From: Chiloscyllium plagiosum
Lineage: Eukaryota
Reading direction: 5' to 3'
Assembly: GCF_004010195.1 (NCBI RefSeq)
Contig: NC_057753.1
Location: forward strand, 8,341,309 to 8,405,308
DNA: 64,000 bases
Every line of letters begins with the position of its first letter. Position 1 is the stretch's first letter. The position numbers and the translations under genes were made by a program. Under the pieces are notes generated by a model. It was not told the DNA's origin. It ran no database searches and saw only the letters and a program-made list of their open reading frames with translations. Positions 13,121 to 27,015 of the stretch are shown piece by piece.

Positions 13121-13619
13121 TTATGTATCAGGAAAAACGCCCTGAAAATACACTAAGAAGATAGTATAGACATCAACTCTTCCTTATTCTAAAGGTAAAT
13201 GCAAGGACTTGTGTTGCAGATTATGTTGAATAATTTAAATTTCCAGGTTTGAAACAAAACACTTGATTCGTACACTATACTTACACAACAAATAAGAGAA
13301 GAATTTAAGTAACAACTCTGTTTAAACAACTAGCAAAATAATAGATTATTGAACCACTAAACAGCATCTGTTCCAATCACGTAACTTCCTCTAAGCAAAC
13401 CCTTGGCAACGGTAAATTTAGTAAAACAGAATGACTCACATGGAATTTCTCTACTCCCAGAGGAAAGAACATCGAAGGGAAATTTTGAGAATGAAAATTC
13501 CAGCTTTCAGCTACAGCAAAAAGGGAGACGTGACAGCTTTCACAACCTCCAAGTTTTCAAGACCTCAGCAACTGTAACTGCAAACTGAAGACACTATTGC
13601 TGCTTCTTTGAAAAAGTAA

Positions 13620-14440
13620 GTGAGAGCTCAAAGTGAATTAAAGTTCTTTGAACTGCTAAAAGCAGGATCGATAAAGTCTATGAGTAAATGCAGTATATTT
13701 CTATTCCAGAAGCCGTTTGATAAGGTAGAACACGTTAGATACTTAATAAGTGAAAAGCTCATGGTATGCAATGTAATGTAATAGTATTTACAGAGCTTAT
13801 TTTGTCTATTAGAAGGCAGAGCGTTTGGGAGAAGGGGGCAATTACAAGAAAACAATCCACAACAAATGTGTGGCACAGGAATCATTTCTGCGAGCACAGT
13901 TTTGTACAATATTTCAATGACTTGAATGAAGAAAGTGAATGCAAGGTAGCTAAGTTTGCAAAACAAAACGTGGAAAGGCAAACGGTAAGAATGCCACAAA
14001 GAAAGCACACATAGAGACACACAGGTTAGGCGATTGTGGAGAAGCTTGGCAGATGGAATATAATGCGGGAGATGAGAGGTCATGCACTTTGTTAGGAGGA
14101 ACAGATGCTTTGGATCCTCCTTAAGGAGAGAAAACTGCTGGAAGCAACAGGGCAGATATATGAAAATTCCTCGTCAGAAGACAGAACAAGAAAGAATCAA
14201 AATATCATTTATCTTTCGAGGGTTCCACAGAAGGTGAAAGCAATGTTAGCCTTTTATGTTTAGAAAACGAGAATGTATTACAAAGGAAGAGCAATTTCAC
14301 GAAAACTATCCAAGACACGAGTTAGAACATAGCAGGAATATGATGCAAATTTTTAGTTATTATCGAAAGAAAGATATATTGGCATTGGAGGCTGTCGAGA
14401 GAAGGATCATTAGATTTACGAAGAAAGGTTGAGCGCCATG
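13620..14440 (+). mobile_element. Old CR1 RT fragment
   Basis: TTCCAGAAGCCGTTTGATAAGG (FQK.FDK), YFNDLNE..KVAKFA, W(Q)MEYN. Confidence 0.75.
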
Positions 14441-14649
14441 AAAGAACTTTAGACATTTTATAAGCAAATGCCGGACCAGCCCTGCCATTGCTCATTCAGG
14501 GCAGTGTGGAGAGATGTTTACTCGTGATTTCAGCGCCCCCTCCTTCATTTTGAATGAATCAGTTCCATTAGCTAGTTTCCAAACTAAGGGAATCTTCGCT
14601 AAATTAAATGAGTTTTGAAAAAATAAAACTATCGCAACAACTCATGCTG

Positions 14650-15203
14650 CCACTAACAAAACTCTGGTGTGGACGCACTTGGGGTATTGTGTGCAGTTTT
14701 GGTCATCACATGATATTATGGTCTTGGATGCTTTGGAAAGGGCTCAGAGGAGATTTACTAGGAGGTTGCCTGGTCTGGAGGGAAGGTCTTGCGAGGAAAA
14801 GTTAAGGGACTGAGGATGTTTTCGTTAGAGAGAAGAAGGTTGTGAGGTGACTTAGTTGAGACGTGGAAGATATTCAGAGGGTTAGATAGGGTGGACAGGG
14901 AGAGCCTTTTTCCTCGGATGATGATGGCTAGCATGAGGGAGCATAGCTTTAAACTGAGGGATGTTAGGTATAGGACAGATGTCAGAGGTGGTTAATTTAC
15001 TCAGTGAGTAGTAGGGACGTAGAGCGCACTGCCTATAACAACAGTAGACTCATCAAATTTAAGGGCATTTAAATAGTCACTGGATGGATGTATGGACGAG
15101 AATGGAATAGTGTAGGTTGGATCGGCTTCAGATTGTTTTCACAGGTTGCTGCAACAGCAACGGCCGAAGGGCCTATACTGCGCTGTAATTTTCTATACTC
15201 TAA
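14650..15203 (+). mobile_element. CR1 LINE 3' end with UTR and tail
   Basis: YCVQFW..QRRFTR..; GGCCGAAGGGCCTATACTGCGCTGTAATTTTCTATACTCTA. Confidence 0.9.
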
Positions 15204-15407
15204 CTGTTTCACCAGCGATCACTTCTAAGAATCTAAAATTCTAGCAAGACATGGGGACTCGGCAATTTGCAGTTCCAGCAATGTATTTAGTTCTAGATCC
15301 TTGGTAAATATTTACTCCATTTCAATTCCTGACTCACAATAATTTCGGGCCTAACCAGATGTACCCTCTCGAGTGAAGACTAACACTTAGACAAAATGCA
15401 AACAATG

Positions 15408-15530
15408 TATTAGAACATTGAACACAGAACAATACAGCGCAGAACATGACCTTCGGCCCTCGATGTTGTGCCGATCTGTGAACTATTCTCAGCTCGTCCC
15501 CTTACACTATCCCAATATTATCCATGTATT
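15408..15530 (-). mobile_element. Short CR1 3' terminus
   Basis: TAGAACATTGAACACAGAACAATACAGCGCAGAAC..CCTTCGGCCC is the reverse complement of the CR1 3' UTR and tail. Confidence 0.85.
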
Positions 15531-16125
15531 CATGGAAGGACTTTGATAGTAACATACAATTTAACTTTCGCACAGACTGGGAAAATCAAACCAGTGATGG
15601 TATCTTAGAAATTTCGTTCACGGAGAAACTTAGGGAACATCCGGGTGGCGTACGTTTGCAGGACACAACAATCAAGCTACCTTAGAACTGGTGAACTAAA
15701 ATTGCGGAGGGGTAATCAATGACTTCATTTGACACAATACTTTATTTCATCGCATTCAAAACAGAACAAAATTTCATATCCAGCTTCAAACTAAGACGTG
15801 TGAGTCGCTTACATTTTTTTGCCTGTAACAAAGTGGCTGATTACGAAATACCTGAAACTTAGGTCAAAGGTAGAGCAATTGAGTTAAGGTGGCAGACATT
15901 GAAGGAAATAATAATTCTGAACACATATTTAGCCCAATAAGAAAATGAAAGCCTCAAAGAGAAGGATTTTGTTGCTTTCCTCGTGATAGAAGTGTTTGAA
16001 AGCTTACCAAAAATAATTAATAATCAAAAGACGGTAAAAGGTGATGAGCGTGAAATACTCACCATCGGGTAAATATGTTCAGAATCCTATTTTGCATGAA
16101 GTCTGACAAGATCCCTGGACCGGTT
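15530..16125 (+). mobile_element. Old CR1 ORF2 fragments (APE to linker)
   Basis: Degenerate FN..DW, LEL and AAGATCCCTGGACCG (KSPGPD-like) motifs. Confidence 0.55.
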
Positions 16126-16224
16126 GGGGTGTCTAAAGAATGAAGAGAATATGATATCTTGGCGACAATCTGCCAGTTTCCTCAGATTAGTCACAGGTGC
16201 ACAAATTGGGAGAACGAGATGGAG

Positions 16225-16430
16225 CTCTTACAAGATACTTGGCGGGAGCAGCTGTAGTCCCGGAAGTTGTGAGAGTCTGTGGATTTGTAGTAAACGTCCA
16301 TGTGGAGCCTGTCGCCGGAGATGGAAATAGAGAGTTCTAAAAAGGGGAGGGGGGTGTCTGAGATAGACTAATTGAATTTGAGCACGGGGTGGAGTTGTGG
16401 CCAAAATCGATGTTCGGTTCCAGTTCATCT
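16225..16430 (-). mobile_element. Penelope RT fragment (downstream part)
   Basis: Minus strand reads KF.*SISDTPLPFLELSISISGDRLHMDVYYKSTDSH. Confidence 0.85.
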
Positions 16431-16474
16431 AGATGCTGTGCTGTTGCAAAAGTGCCAGAAGTGTTGGGCAGCAT

Positions 16475-18042
16475 AAACATAGAACATAGAACATAGACAA
16501 ATACTGCACAGAACAGGCCCTTCGGCTCACGATGTTGTGCCGAACATTTGTCCTAGCTTAAGCACCCATCCATGTACCTATGCAATTGCCGCTTAAAGGT
16601 CACCAATGATTCTGACTCAACCACTCCCACAGGCAGCGCATTCCATGCCCCCACCACTCTCTGGATAAAGAACCCACCCCTGACATCTCCCCTATACCTT
16701 CCACCCTTCACCTTAAATTTATGTTCCCTTTTAAAACTCTGTTGTACCCGGGGAAAAAGTTTCTGACTGTCTACTCGATCTATTCGTCTGATCATCTTAT
16801 AAACCTCTATCAAGTCACCCCTCATCCTTCGCCGTTCCAATGAGAAAAGGCCTAGCATTCTCAACCTATCCTCATGCGACCTATTCTCCATTCCAGGCAA
16901 CATCCTGGTAAATCTTCTCTGCACCCTCTCCAAAGCTTCCACATCTTTCCTAAAGTGAGGCGACCAGAACTGCACACAGTACTCCAAATGTGGCCTTAGC
17001 AAAGTCCTGCACAGTTGCAACATCACTTCACGACTTTTGAATTAAATCCCTCTGTTAATGAACGCTAATACACCATAGGCCTTCTTACAAGCTCTATCCA
17101 CCTGAGTGGCAACTTTCAAAGATCTATGAACATGGACCCCAAAATCCCTCTGCTCCTCCACGTCACTAAGAACCCTATCGTTAACCCTGTATTCCGCATT
17201 CTTATTTGTCTTTCCAAAATGGACAACCTCACACTTGGCAGGGTTGAACTCCATCTGCCACTCATCAGCCCAGCTCTGCATCACATCTAAGTCCCTTTGC
17301 AGCAACAACAGCCCTCCTCACTATCCACAACTCCACCAATCTTCATATCATCTGCAAATTTACTGACCCACCCTTCGACTCGCTCATCCAAGTCATTAAC
17401 AAAACTTACAAACAGCAGAGGACCCAGAACTGATCCCTGCGGAACTCCACTCGTAACTGTGCTCCAGGCTGAATATTTACCATCTACCACCACTCTCTGA
17501 CTTCGACCGGTTAGCCAGTTTTCTATCCAATTGGCCAAATTTCCCTCTATCCCATGACTTGCCGCATAAGCCTACCATGGGGAACCTTATCAAATACCTC
17601 ACTAAAATCCATGTAAACTACATCCACTGCTCTACCCTCATCCACATGCTGGGTCACCTTCTCAAAGAATTCAATAAGATTTGTAAGGCAAGACCTACCC
17701 TTCACAAATCCGTGCTGGCTGTCCCTAATCTGAAAAAGTTCCACATTTCCACGACATCCTTCCCTGGCAGCCTATGCTCCCGACTTATGCTCCTCAGATC
17801 CTGTCTTACAGCATCGTAATTACCCTTCCCCCAATTGTAAAACCTACCCTTTTGCACGCACCTATTCTCTCCATAACCAAGGTGAAAGTCACCAAAATGT
17901 TCACCCACTAACAAGCCCATCACTTGTCCCGGTTCGTTACCAAGTACCAAATCCATTATGGCCTCCCCTCTGGTTGGACAATCTACATACTGAGTTAGAA
18001 AAGCTTCCTGTACACATTGCACAAACACCGCCCCATCCAATC
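16475..18042 (-). mobile_element. CR1 LINE, relatively young, with an internal deletion of about 0.8 kb at about 17730
   Basis: (ATAGAAC)n tail at 16475-16500; ORFs with PHLEYCVQFW, PQGSVLGP, FADD, QHGFVKGR; linker joined directly to IRDSQH. Confidence 0.97.
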
Positions 18043-18044
18043 TA

Positions 18045-18320
18045 TTTATAGTTATAGCATGAATTTATAGTTACTGAAGAGGGACTGTTCGATATAACTG
18101 ACAAACAGCAAGACGTAGCTCGGGCCCATCCGAGTGCTCATGGCCATCCCCGGATTTGGAAGAAATGTGAAGAGTTAAAGGAAACATTATTGAGGGAGAG
18201 GACCAGTTTGGCAAGGCGGAGGAGGATATTTGTGGAGGCGGACTGGATAGGACTGTTGATCAGGAAGAAGCTAAGACCTGAAGGTGATACTTGTGGCGTC
18301 TGGCTGTGTACAAGGCGTCG
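18045..18320 (-). mobile_element. Penelope RT fragment (upstream part of the element at 16225-16430)
   Basis: LLRLAKLVLSLNNVSFNSSHFFQ..MAMSTRMGPSY..LFVSYIEQSLF. Confidence 0.85.
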
Positions 18321-18410
18321 TAAAGATGGGTTAAACTCGAAACATCGACTTTTCCTCCTCCTAATGCTGCATGGTTTGCCATGTTCTTCCATCCTCCTGA
18401 CGTTCTTCCT
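18318..18410 (+). repeat. Penelope terminal-repeat fragment, inverted relative to the adjacent body
   Basis: AAGATGGGTTAAACTCGAAACATCGACTTTTCC..ATGCTGCATGGTTTGC..TTCTTCCA, similar to 63200-63280. Confidence 0.7.
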
Positions 18411-18589
18411 CACATTAGTGGCGGTTTTCAGAAGATTGGCAAGTAGTAAACCTAACTCTTGAATTCTATAACTGAGGGAGACCGAATGAAGGAAACAAGA
18501 TGAGTAGTCCGACTGGAAGAAGAAATAAAATCATTTTTTTACGCAGAATACTTAGAAAGTCACGGAATGGTTTTATGAATGACGATGCA

Positions 18590-18760
18590 GTAACCCAGTA
18601 GTTAACACTGCTGCATCAAAGTGCCAGGCACCTCGATTCGATCTTGGTGACCTCCTCTATGGGTTCGCACGCTATTTGTGTTGGTTTCTGCCACATGCAC
18701 CCCTTTCATCCCATAGTCCATAAATGTCTAGGTTATGTGGATTATCAATTTAAAATTAAA
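18590..18760 (+). mobile_element. Old HE1/V-SINE copy
   Basis: GTAGTTAACACTGCTGCATCAAAGTGCCAGG..TTCGAT..CCCATAGTCCATAAATGT. Confidence 0.65.
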
Positions 18761-18919
18761 AGTTTTCAGTGGTTCGGGGTAGTGAGCAGGGGTGCGAAGT
18801 AATGTTCAACGATTGTTTTGCTGTTTTTTGGTATGCGATATATTACCACTGGTTGTAGTTAAAGTGGAAAAAAAAATAGATGTGGTGAACCGAAATTCTC
18901 GAAAGGCATTGGATGAGAA

Positions 18920-19380
18920 TGTATTGCAGAGAATGCAAAAGCGATTCGCAAAAATTCTTGAAGGAGCGAGAATATCATTTTAAGAGAATAAATTGAACAT
19001 GTTGTGATTGTTTTCAGCGGAGAGAAGAAGGGTCAGATGGGACTGGATTACAGCGTTCAAATTAAATGTGAGTTTGATAGAATCGACATGAACAAGCTGT
19101 TCCAGCTCGTAAAAGAAACAACGAAGCCAGGCCATGAAATTTAACGTGATTTCCAAAAGAAGCAAAAACAATGAGAATAACGAAATGAATTTTTAATACA
19201 CTATTACTTAGGGTATGGAATACATTGTCTTCAAATGCGATGGAGATAGGATCATTTGATACATTAAATAAGGCATTACTTGATTGTTTGGATGGCAGTT
19301 ATGTGCACGGGAATTAATGATGAGTATTTGAAGAGCTGGTGAAAACAAGGTTAACTGAATGGCTTTCTTAAGTGCAGGGC
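18920..19380 (+). mobile_element. Old CR1 3' fragment
   Basis: LQRMQKRF; TTGTTTTCAGCGGAGAGAAGAAGG; GTATGGAATACATTG. Confidence 0.65.
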
Positions 19381-20874
19381 AATCCTAATTCTGTGATAAT
19401 ATCTCACACCAAAGCTACTTCATGCATTTGAACATGGAGGACATGTAGCATATTAGCATTATTAAATTATTGGCGGATGATTCAGGAAGCAGAAACAGGC
19501 TCATAATCGTTTGTTTTAGATAGTTAACACTAAAAATGAAGTATAACAAGGATCACTGCGTTCGTCCTCAACGATTTCAGTCATTACGAATGAGTTGAAT
19601 GTAGGTGAACAAACCTGAAGGCGCAAAGGTAAATATAAAATAAAGTTCGCAGGACCATTTTGAAAGGTTGAAAATTGTTTTTGAAAATAGGTAACGGGCG
19701 AATACAAAACAATGCATTCCTGAAATGGAGAGAATGAAAAATGTAGCGAAGTCAGTAGAGGTACTTGTGAAAAGGGTTAAAAGGGATTAGTTTACAAGTG
19801 TAATAAGCAGTTAGGTAGTCGGAAAAGTGTGTTGTTGTTCATTGAAATTAGAAGGAAATCTTACAAGTTGGGATGTTGTGGCTCAGTTTAACACATCATC
19901 ATTGAGAAGGTCCTCTCGAATCCCTCCTATACTGGTCAGTACTTGCTTTTGAAGGAAGACTGAATTATCGTTGTGAACTGAATTATACACACGCATTAAA
20001 TATCACTAATTGTAGACTTAACCCTTGGAGCAAATTACATGTTAAGTCTTTTGAATCATGGATGAGTGCTTACATGAACTCCTTATACATACTTTCGAAG
20101 CATCAATCTGATAGATTGTTAAACACCAATAGAGCAGATGGACTTGAATCCAGGACTGCCAGTTAAGAGGTTGGGGCACTGCCACTTCACCAGTAGAGAC
20201 AACTGGCTGTCTCTGCAACGTTTTTCTGTAATTACCGGTAGCTGATCTCTCCCACTTGTCTGGATACATTTATGTTTCTCGAATAATCTGAGTCTTCTTT
20301 CTCGGGGATCTCTCAGAGTCAGGTATTATTTTGGGTAGTTTCAACTCATCACTGATTTGTCTTCCATTCCCCTTTCTGATTTGCAATCTCTGCAAATGCA
20401 TTTTGCTCCCAATGCTTGTGGCATTGCTTGATCAGATTGTGTGTATTGTTACAATCAACTGTAACACATTTCCAAATGAAAGTTGAGAAAAAAGCGACGT
20501 GCACTTTATAATCGACATAACTGACTGCACAGAGCATCTATTGTTATGCATGTTACGTCTTCGCACATATATCGTAAAGCCAGTGCGAAGTTCAGGTAGA
20601 TATCCAGGGGCTGAGGAAACTATTCAGTGGTTTTGTGATTACACACTCTACTGCTAGCCGAGTGCAACCCAGAGCAAGCTCAACGTGCATTTTTACCAGA
20701 CAGTGTATCGGGTATCTGAAAAGTGTTCTACTGTAAGCTGCACATTTGGAAAAAAATGGCCGGCACAATTTGCATGTACAGGTAATCAGCAACTGAGGAG
20801 CCTCAGCAAAACCTGTGTTTGTGCACAGTATTGCAGTACACGTCCATGCCAGAACCATCACAATGCCCATGCAC

Positions 20875-22030
20875 CGTAATAGTCTTGGATGACTTCAACC
20901 TGCGTGTAGATTCGACCAAAACTACATATTTTATAGTTGGTTTTCGAAATGTTCTTGTTGGACTCTTTTGAAATAATATTTAGAAAAATATTTTTCCACA
21001 ACCAAACAATGAGGAGGCCACCCTGGATCTTTCAGATGGAACGAATCATAACATGATATATTGGCATTTGAATGGGAGCAGTATGGCTCAGTGACATTGT
21101 TTTTTTTCACAACAAATCAAGTACATATGTTGACATGAAGGCGAGACTGTCAAGGTTGAACTTGGAAACCAGGTAGAAAGATGACAGTTAAGTTTCAATG
21201 CCAAATATTGAAACAGAAATTAACTAACTCAGAATGCTAAACATGTATCCCAGTGGAGGAGGATTGGTCATTGAGAAGAATGTGAAATCTTTGCCTAAGT
21301 AAGGACAATAAGTATTTAATTGATGCATTTATGCAGATCCGTAGGTTACAAAAAAGGGAGAGAAACTATGAACCAGAAATAACGACTGCAAATATAACAA
21401 AGCCAGACACCAGAGTATGAGATAAAGTTAGCTCTGAAAGTAAAAACCGACAATAAGAGCGCATAACAAATAACTGCGCTCGGGTTGGTCTTTTGTAGAT
21501 TTACTCTGGGAAATTGACAGTGAAAATTAATAAAATGGTGGAGGACTTGAATAGATTTTTGTTACTTTCTCGCAAAAAGGGCGTAGATAATTTTTTTACA
21601 GATAAATAACCATCAAAAGATATAGGCAGCAATGCATTTAAAACAGTATCTAACAACAGGGAAAAAAATAAGAAAAACACCTTGGGGAAGTGTTGACCCC
21701 AAAGTTCCCTGGAACAAAAGCCTAAATTTACGCTTTCAGAAGAAATAGTACCACGGATTGTCAGTCCCTTGTTAATGGTCTTCCAAGTCTTCTCGATTTT
21801 AGAAGGAGTTTGCACATTTGAATATAACAAACGTGCTTGCATTACTTAAGAAGGAAGGGAGGCAGAAAGCAGGAAATTATGTCAATGGAAGTGACATCGG
21901 TCAAAGAAACAACCACCATCGTAGTTTTAAGGCCTTTCTGGTAGAATGCCTGAAAAATTTGATGCGTTAGAAATAGTGCCAAGATGACTTTGTCAAAGGG
22001 AAATCATGCTTAACAATTACATTTGGATTA
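20875..22030 (+). mobile_element. Old CR1 ORF2 fragment (APE to RT N-terminus)
   Basis: GATGACTTCAAC (xDFN), GAGGCCACCCTGGAT, GCAGGAAATTAT (GNY), GGGAAATCATGCTTAAC (GKSCLT). Confidence 0.7.
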
Positions 22031-22929
22031 TTTCATTTTATGCAACATTCATGGTGCATGGCATACTTGCATGGCATACTTGCATTTCTGAAATACCACA
22101 CCTCGAGCATGTATTGATATTTACTGCCTGTTGAAGAGTGACGTGAGTTTTTACAGGGGTTAGTATATGTTCAGATGAGTATTTACAGACTCTAACAGGT
22201 TGGGACACATTTGAACAGACGTATGATGGAAGTTGGAGCCCTTGACAACCTAGTAAGTGGAAAGCATGGTAGAAAGACCAACGGTAATTTGCAATTAAAA
22301 GGTGCAGGACTGGGGTCACCTTGTGTACAATCAGTGTGAGAGACCACGGTGATGGTCAAGCTGACGTTCGATTTATATACAAGTGTGCTTGTGAGAATAT
22401 GGCCAGTCCTTGCTCAATTAAAGTGGAGTTCTCAGTGTGTGGCACCTGAGACAGTCCATGGGGAGCAATAAAGTTATGGGAGAAAAATATACATTTACCT
22501 ATTGAACAAGAATAGTTCTGTCCTGGCGAAAAAAATCACCCCGAAAATACCTCTAAGCTAGTCTCATATCATCGCAAAAGGATTAATCCTCGGTCTGTTA
22601 AAGTAGCAAGTAAGCGACTGGACTGCTGAAAATTTGAAGCGAATGTTTCAAAATTCTGAGGGATTGATCAAGGAGTGAATTTGATTGTTTGCTAATTTGA
22701 GCAAATGGATTTTTCAGCACATTCTTCGGCTGATGTCTGAACTTGGTGTGCATTAAGGAATAAATGTTGGTGTTTGTACAACATCTGAAGAGCTGCAACA
22801 TGAAGCCTAGTTCCTAAACAAATCAATGTAGATATATAGATTCATATCCAGAATTATGCATCTGATTCCACATTGGATAACTCTAATCATTGACGATTCC
22901 TCCACCTATATTTCTGGCATCTGCATACT

Positions 22930-24250
22930 TAGCAACAACTCCCTCAATTCCTTCATCCAGACGGGTAATGTAAAATATAAATAGTTATATTCCCAAGAAG
23001 GACTGCTGTGGAACTCCAGTAGTCTCCTGCTACCAGCATGGAAAATACCTTTTTATCCCAACTCTCTGCATTTTCCAGTCACCGATTTCTCTACCATGCG
23101 AGAACCTTTCCCCAAATGCCACGTGCTCTTCTTCTATTTCACAGCCTCCTGTGCAACACATTGTTAAAGCCTTCTGAAAATCTAAATAGCTCACATCCAC
23201 TGGTCCTCCCATTTTTACCTTGCTCGTTACTTCCTCAAAAAAAAATCAGATTTGTCAGACATGAACTCCCATTGACGATTCTGTGCTGATTCAGTCTAAT
23301 TTTATCTTGCAATTTCAAAGACTCCACAATTTCAACCCGAAAAATGCACTCTAAAATCATGCTAATGACTGCCAGCAGGCGAATTTCCTGCCTTCTTCTC
23401 TCCCATCATAAACAGGAGTGCTACATTAGTCATTTTCCAGTCGTCGAGGACCCTCTACAATCTCCTCTGCTGTACTTCAGACTTTGGCGTGGAGAACCTC
23501 TGGTCCGGATAATTAAACGAGATTCAGCCTTTTTCAGCTCCACCAGAACCATCTACTTAGTGATGGCCACGACGCTGACTCCCTTGCAGTTGGGCTCACT
23601 GCATATTTCTTCCACTTTGAAAGCTGACGGCAAGTCCTTATTAAGTTCCTCTGCCGTTTCTCTGCCAATCCCCAGCCTAATTTTCCAGATGTCCAAAAGC
23701 AAACCTTGCCTACATCTTAACCTTACAATCTCTAAAGAAAACCTCTTTTTTATGCTACAAGAAGTTTACTCTTCTATTTCAATCTCTCCCGATAGTTTTC
23801 AATGATGTAACTTCTGCCGCTTTGGATAACTTTCCCAAACTTGTGACTTCCGTCGAATCTTCACCACACTGTATCATATTTCTATTGCTTTCATGCTGTC
23901 CCTGACTTCCCTTGTCGGCTATGGTTGCCTCAAATTCTACTTGCCTTGCTTCTTCTTCTTTGGGATGAATTTATGCACTGCATTCTGAGTTACTCTGGGA
24001 AATACTGACATTGCTATTTCGCAGATATCCCTGAAAAGACTCCCTTCTAATGAACCCTGGACAGCTCCTTACTCCTATATTTATTGTCACCTGTACTCTC
24101 CAAACGCAGAATTACCTGTTCCCTAGTGTGCTTCACCACACGTTGCTCGAAAAAGAAATTCTCCTTAACATTGCACAAATCCCTTTTTTGGGATCCGATA
24201 CCAACCTGATTTTCCTGGTCAAACTGCATATTGAATCCCCCATGATTGGA
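22930..24250 (-). mobile_element. Old CR1 ORF2 fragment
   Basis: Minus ORF GPVDVSYLDFQKA; GDFN-like motif near 24235. Confidence 0.75.
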
Positions 24251-24254
24251 GTGT

Positions 24255-26398
24255 CATAGAGTTATTGAGTCATAGAGATGCACAGCACAGAAACAGACCC
24301 TTCGGTCCAACCCGTCCATACTGACCAGATATCCCAAACCAATCTAGTCCCACCTGCCAGCACCCGGCCCATATCCTTCCAAACACTTCCTATTCATAAA
24401 CCCATCTGGATGCCTTTTAGATGTTGCAATTGTATCAGCTTCCGCCACTTCCTCTGGAAGCTCATCCCCTACACAAACCACACTCTGCATGAAAGGATTG
24501 CACCTGTGGTCCCTTTTCTATCTTTCTCCTCTCACCCTAAACCAATCCCCCACCCCAAGGAAAATACTTTGTCTATTTTTATCCTATCCATGCGCTTCAT
24601 GATTTTATCAACCTCTATAAGGTCACCCCTCAGCCTTCGACGCTCCAACGAAAACAGCCCCAGCCTATTCAGTCTCTCCCTATAGCTCAAATCCTCCCAC
24701 CCTGGCAAAATCCTTGTGAATCTTTTCTGAACCCTTTCAAGCTTCTCAACATCCTTCCGATAGGAAAGAGACCAGAATTGCACGCAATATTCGAAAAGTG
24801 GCCTAACCAATGCCTTGTACAGCCGCAATATGACCTCCCAACTCCTGTACTCAAAGCTGTGACCAATAAAGGAAAGCATACCAAATGCTTTCTTCACTGT
24901 CTTATCTTCCCGTGTCTCTACTTTCGAGGAACTATGAACCTGCTCTCCAAGTTCTCTTTGTTCAGCAACACTCCCAATGACCTTGCCATTAAGTGTATAA
25001 GTCCTGCTAAGATTTGCTTTCCCAAAATGCAGCACTTCGCATTTATCTGAATTAAACTCCATCTGCCACTTCTCAGCCTATTGCCCCATCTGGTCAAGAT
25101 CCCGTTGTAATCTGAGGTAACCTTTTTCTCTGTCATCTGCAAACTTACTAACTTTGCGTCCTATGTCCATCTCCAAACCATTTAAATAAAAGACCAAATG
25201 TAGTGGACCCAGCACCGCTCCTGTGGCGCTTCACTGGTCACAGGCCTCCAGTCTGAAAAACAAGCCTCCACCATCACCCTCTGTCTTCTACCTTCGATCC
25301 AGTTCTGTATCCAAATGGCTAGTTCTCCCTGTATTCCACGAGATCTTAACTTGCTAACCAGTTCCCATGGGGAACCTTGTCGAATGTCTTACTGAAGTCC
25401 ATATAGATCACGACCACCACTTTACCCTCATCAATCCTCTTTGCTAACTTTTCAAAAAAAACTCAATCAAGATCGTGAGACATGACTTCACACGCACAAA
25501 GCCATGTTGACGATCTGTAATCTGCCTTGCTTTTCCAAATAGGCGTAAATCCTGTCCTTCAGGATTCCCTCTAATAACTTGCCCAACACGTCAGGCTCAC
25601 TGGTCTATAGTTCCCTGACTTGTCCTTACCAACTTTTAAAAATAATGGCAGCACGTTAGACAACTCCCACCCTTCTAGCACCTCACCTGTGAATATCGAT
25701 GATACAAATATCTCTGCATGGGGCCCAGCAATCACTTCCCTAGCTTTGCACAGAGTTCTAGAGTACCCCCGATCAGTTCCTGGCGATTTATCCACCTTTA
25801 TGCATTTCAAGACATCCAGCACTTCCTTCTCTATAATATGAACAGTTATCAAGATGTCACCATCTATTTTCCCACATTCTATATCTTCCATGTTTTTCTC
25901 CAGAGTAAGCACTGATATAAATAATTCGTTTCGCACCCACTCCCCATCTCCTGCGACTCCACACAAAAGCTGCCTTGCTGATCTTTGAGGGGCTTTATTC
26001 GCTCTCTGGTTACCCTTTTGTCCTTAATGCATTTGTAAACACGCTTTGGATTTGCCTTAACTCTATCTTCGGAAGCTATTTCATGTCTCCTTTTTGCCCT
26101 CGTGATTTCCCTCTTAAGTATACTCCTACTGCATTTATACTTTCCTAAAGATTCATTCGATTTCTCATGTCTTTACAGGACACATGCTTCCTTCTTTTTC
26201 TTAACCAAACTCTCAATTTATCTAGTTATCCAGCATTCCCTACACCTACCAGCCTTTCCTTTCACCCTAACAGGAATATACTGTCTCTGGATTCTCGTTA
26301 TCTTATTTCTGAAGGCTTCCTATTTTCCAGCCGTCTCTTTACCTGCGAACATTTGCACCTAATCAGCTTTCGAAAATTCTTGCCTAATACTGTCAAAC
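24255..26398 (-). mobile_element. CR1 LINE, 3' 2.1 kb
   Basis: (GAGTCATA)n tail; MEFNSDKCEVLHFG..EYCVQFW; DKSPG; GNYRPVSLT. Confidence 0.95.
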
Positions 26399-26399
26399 A

Positions 26400-27015
26400 T
26401 TATGAGAGTCATAGAGTCCTACCGCACGGAAATAGGCCCTTTGGCCCAAACTGGTCCATGCCTGCCAAGATGACCGTCCACTCTAGCTCCCCTTTTCCTT
26501 GTAGTTGGCCCATATCCTTCTAATCCTTTCCTATCCATGACTTTGTCCAAAAGTCTTTTTAAACGTTGTTAATGTACTCAAATCAACCCCTTCCGCTGGC
26601 AGCTCATTCAATATCCATGCGACCCTCTGTGTGAAAACGTTGTCCCTCAGATTCCCTTTTGTTGTTTCCTCTTTATATTTAAACTGATGTCATTTCGTCG
26701 TCGATTCCTTGGGAAATAGACTGAGTGTAATACCACTATCCATTCCTCTCATGATGTAATACACCTCTATTAGGTCCCTCCTTAGACTCCTACGCTACAA
26801 AATTTAAAACAAAAGTCCTAGCTTGTTAAACTTCTCCCTATACCTCCGACCACTGAGTCCAGGCAACATCCTTATAAATTTCTTCTGCACTCTTCTCAGT
26901 TTAATAACATGCTTCCTATAACAGTGTCATGTATAACTGCAACATAACGTCCCAAGTTTTGTACCCAATGCCCTGACTGATGAAGGTCAGTTTGCAAACA
27001 GCTTTCTTCACTGCA
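26400..27015 (-). mobile_element. Further CR1 3' fragment
   Basis: GAGAGTCATAGAGTC tail, GGCCCTTTGGCCC, then reverse-complement RT C-terminal sequence. Confidence 0.85.

Noticed and set aside
14525..14548. CTCF-like motif CAGCGCCCCCT
   Set aside because: Partial match only; cannot be supported without binding or conservation data
22058..22085. 13-bp tandem duplication (CATGGCATACTTG)x2
   Set aside because: Ordinary slippage
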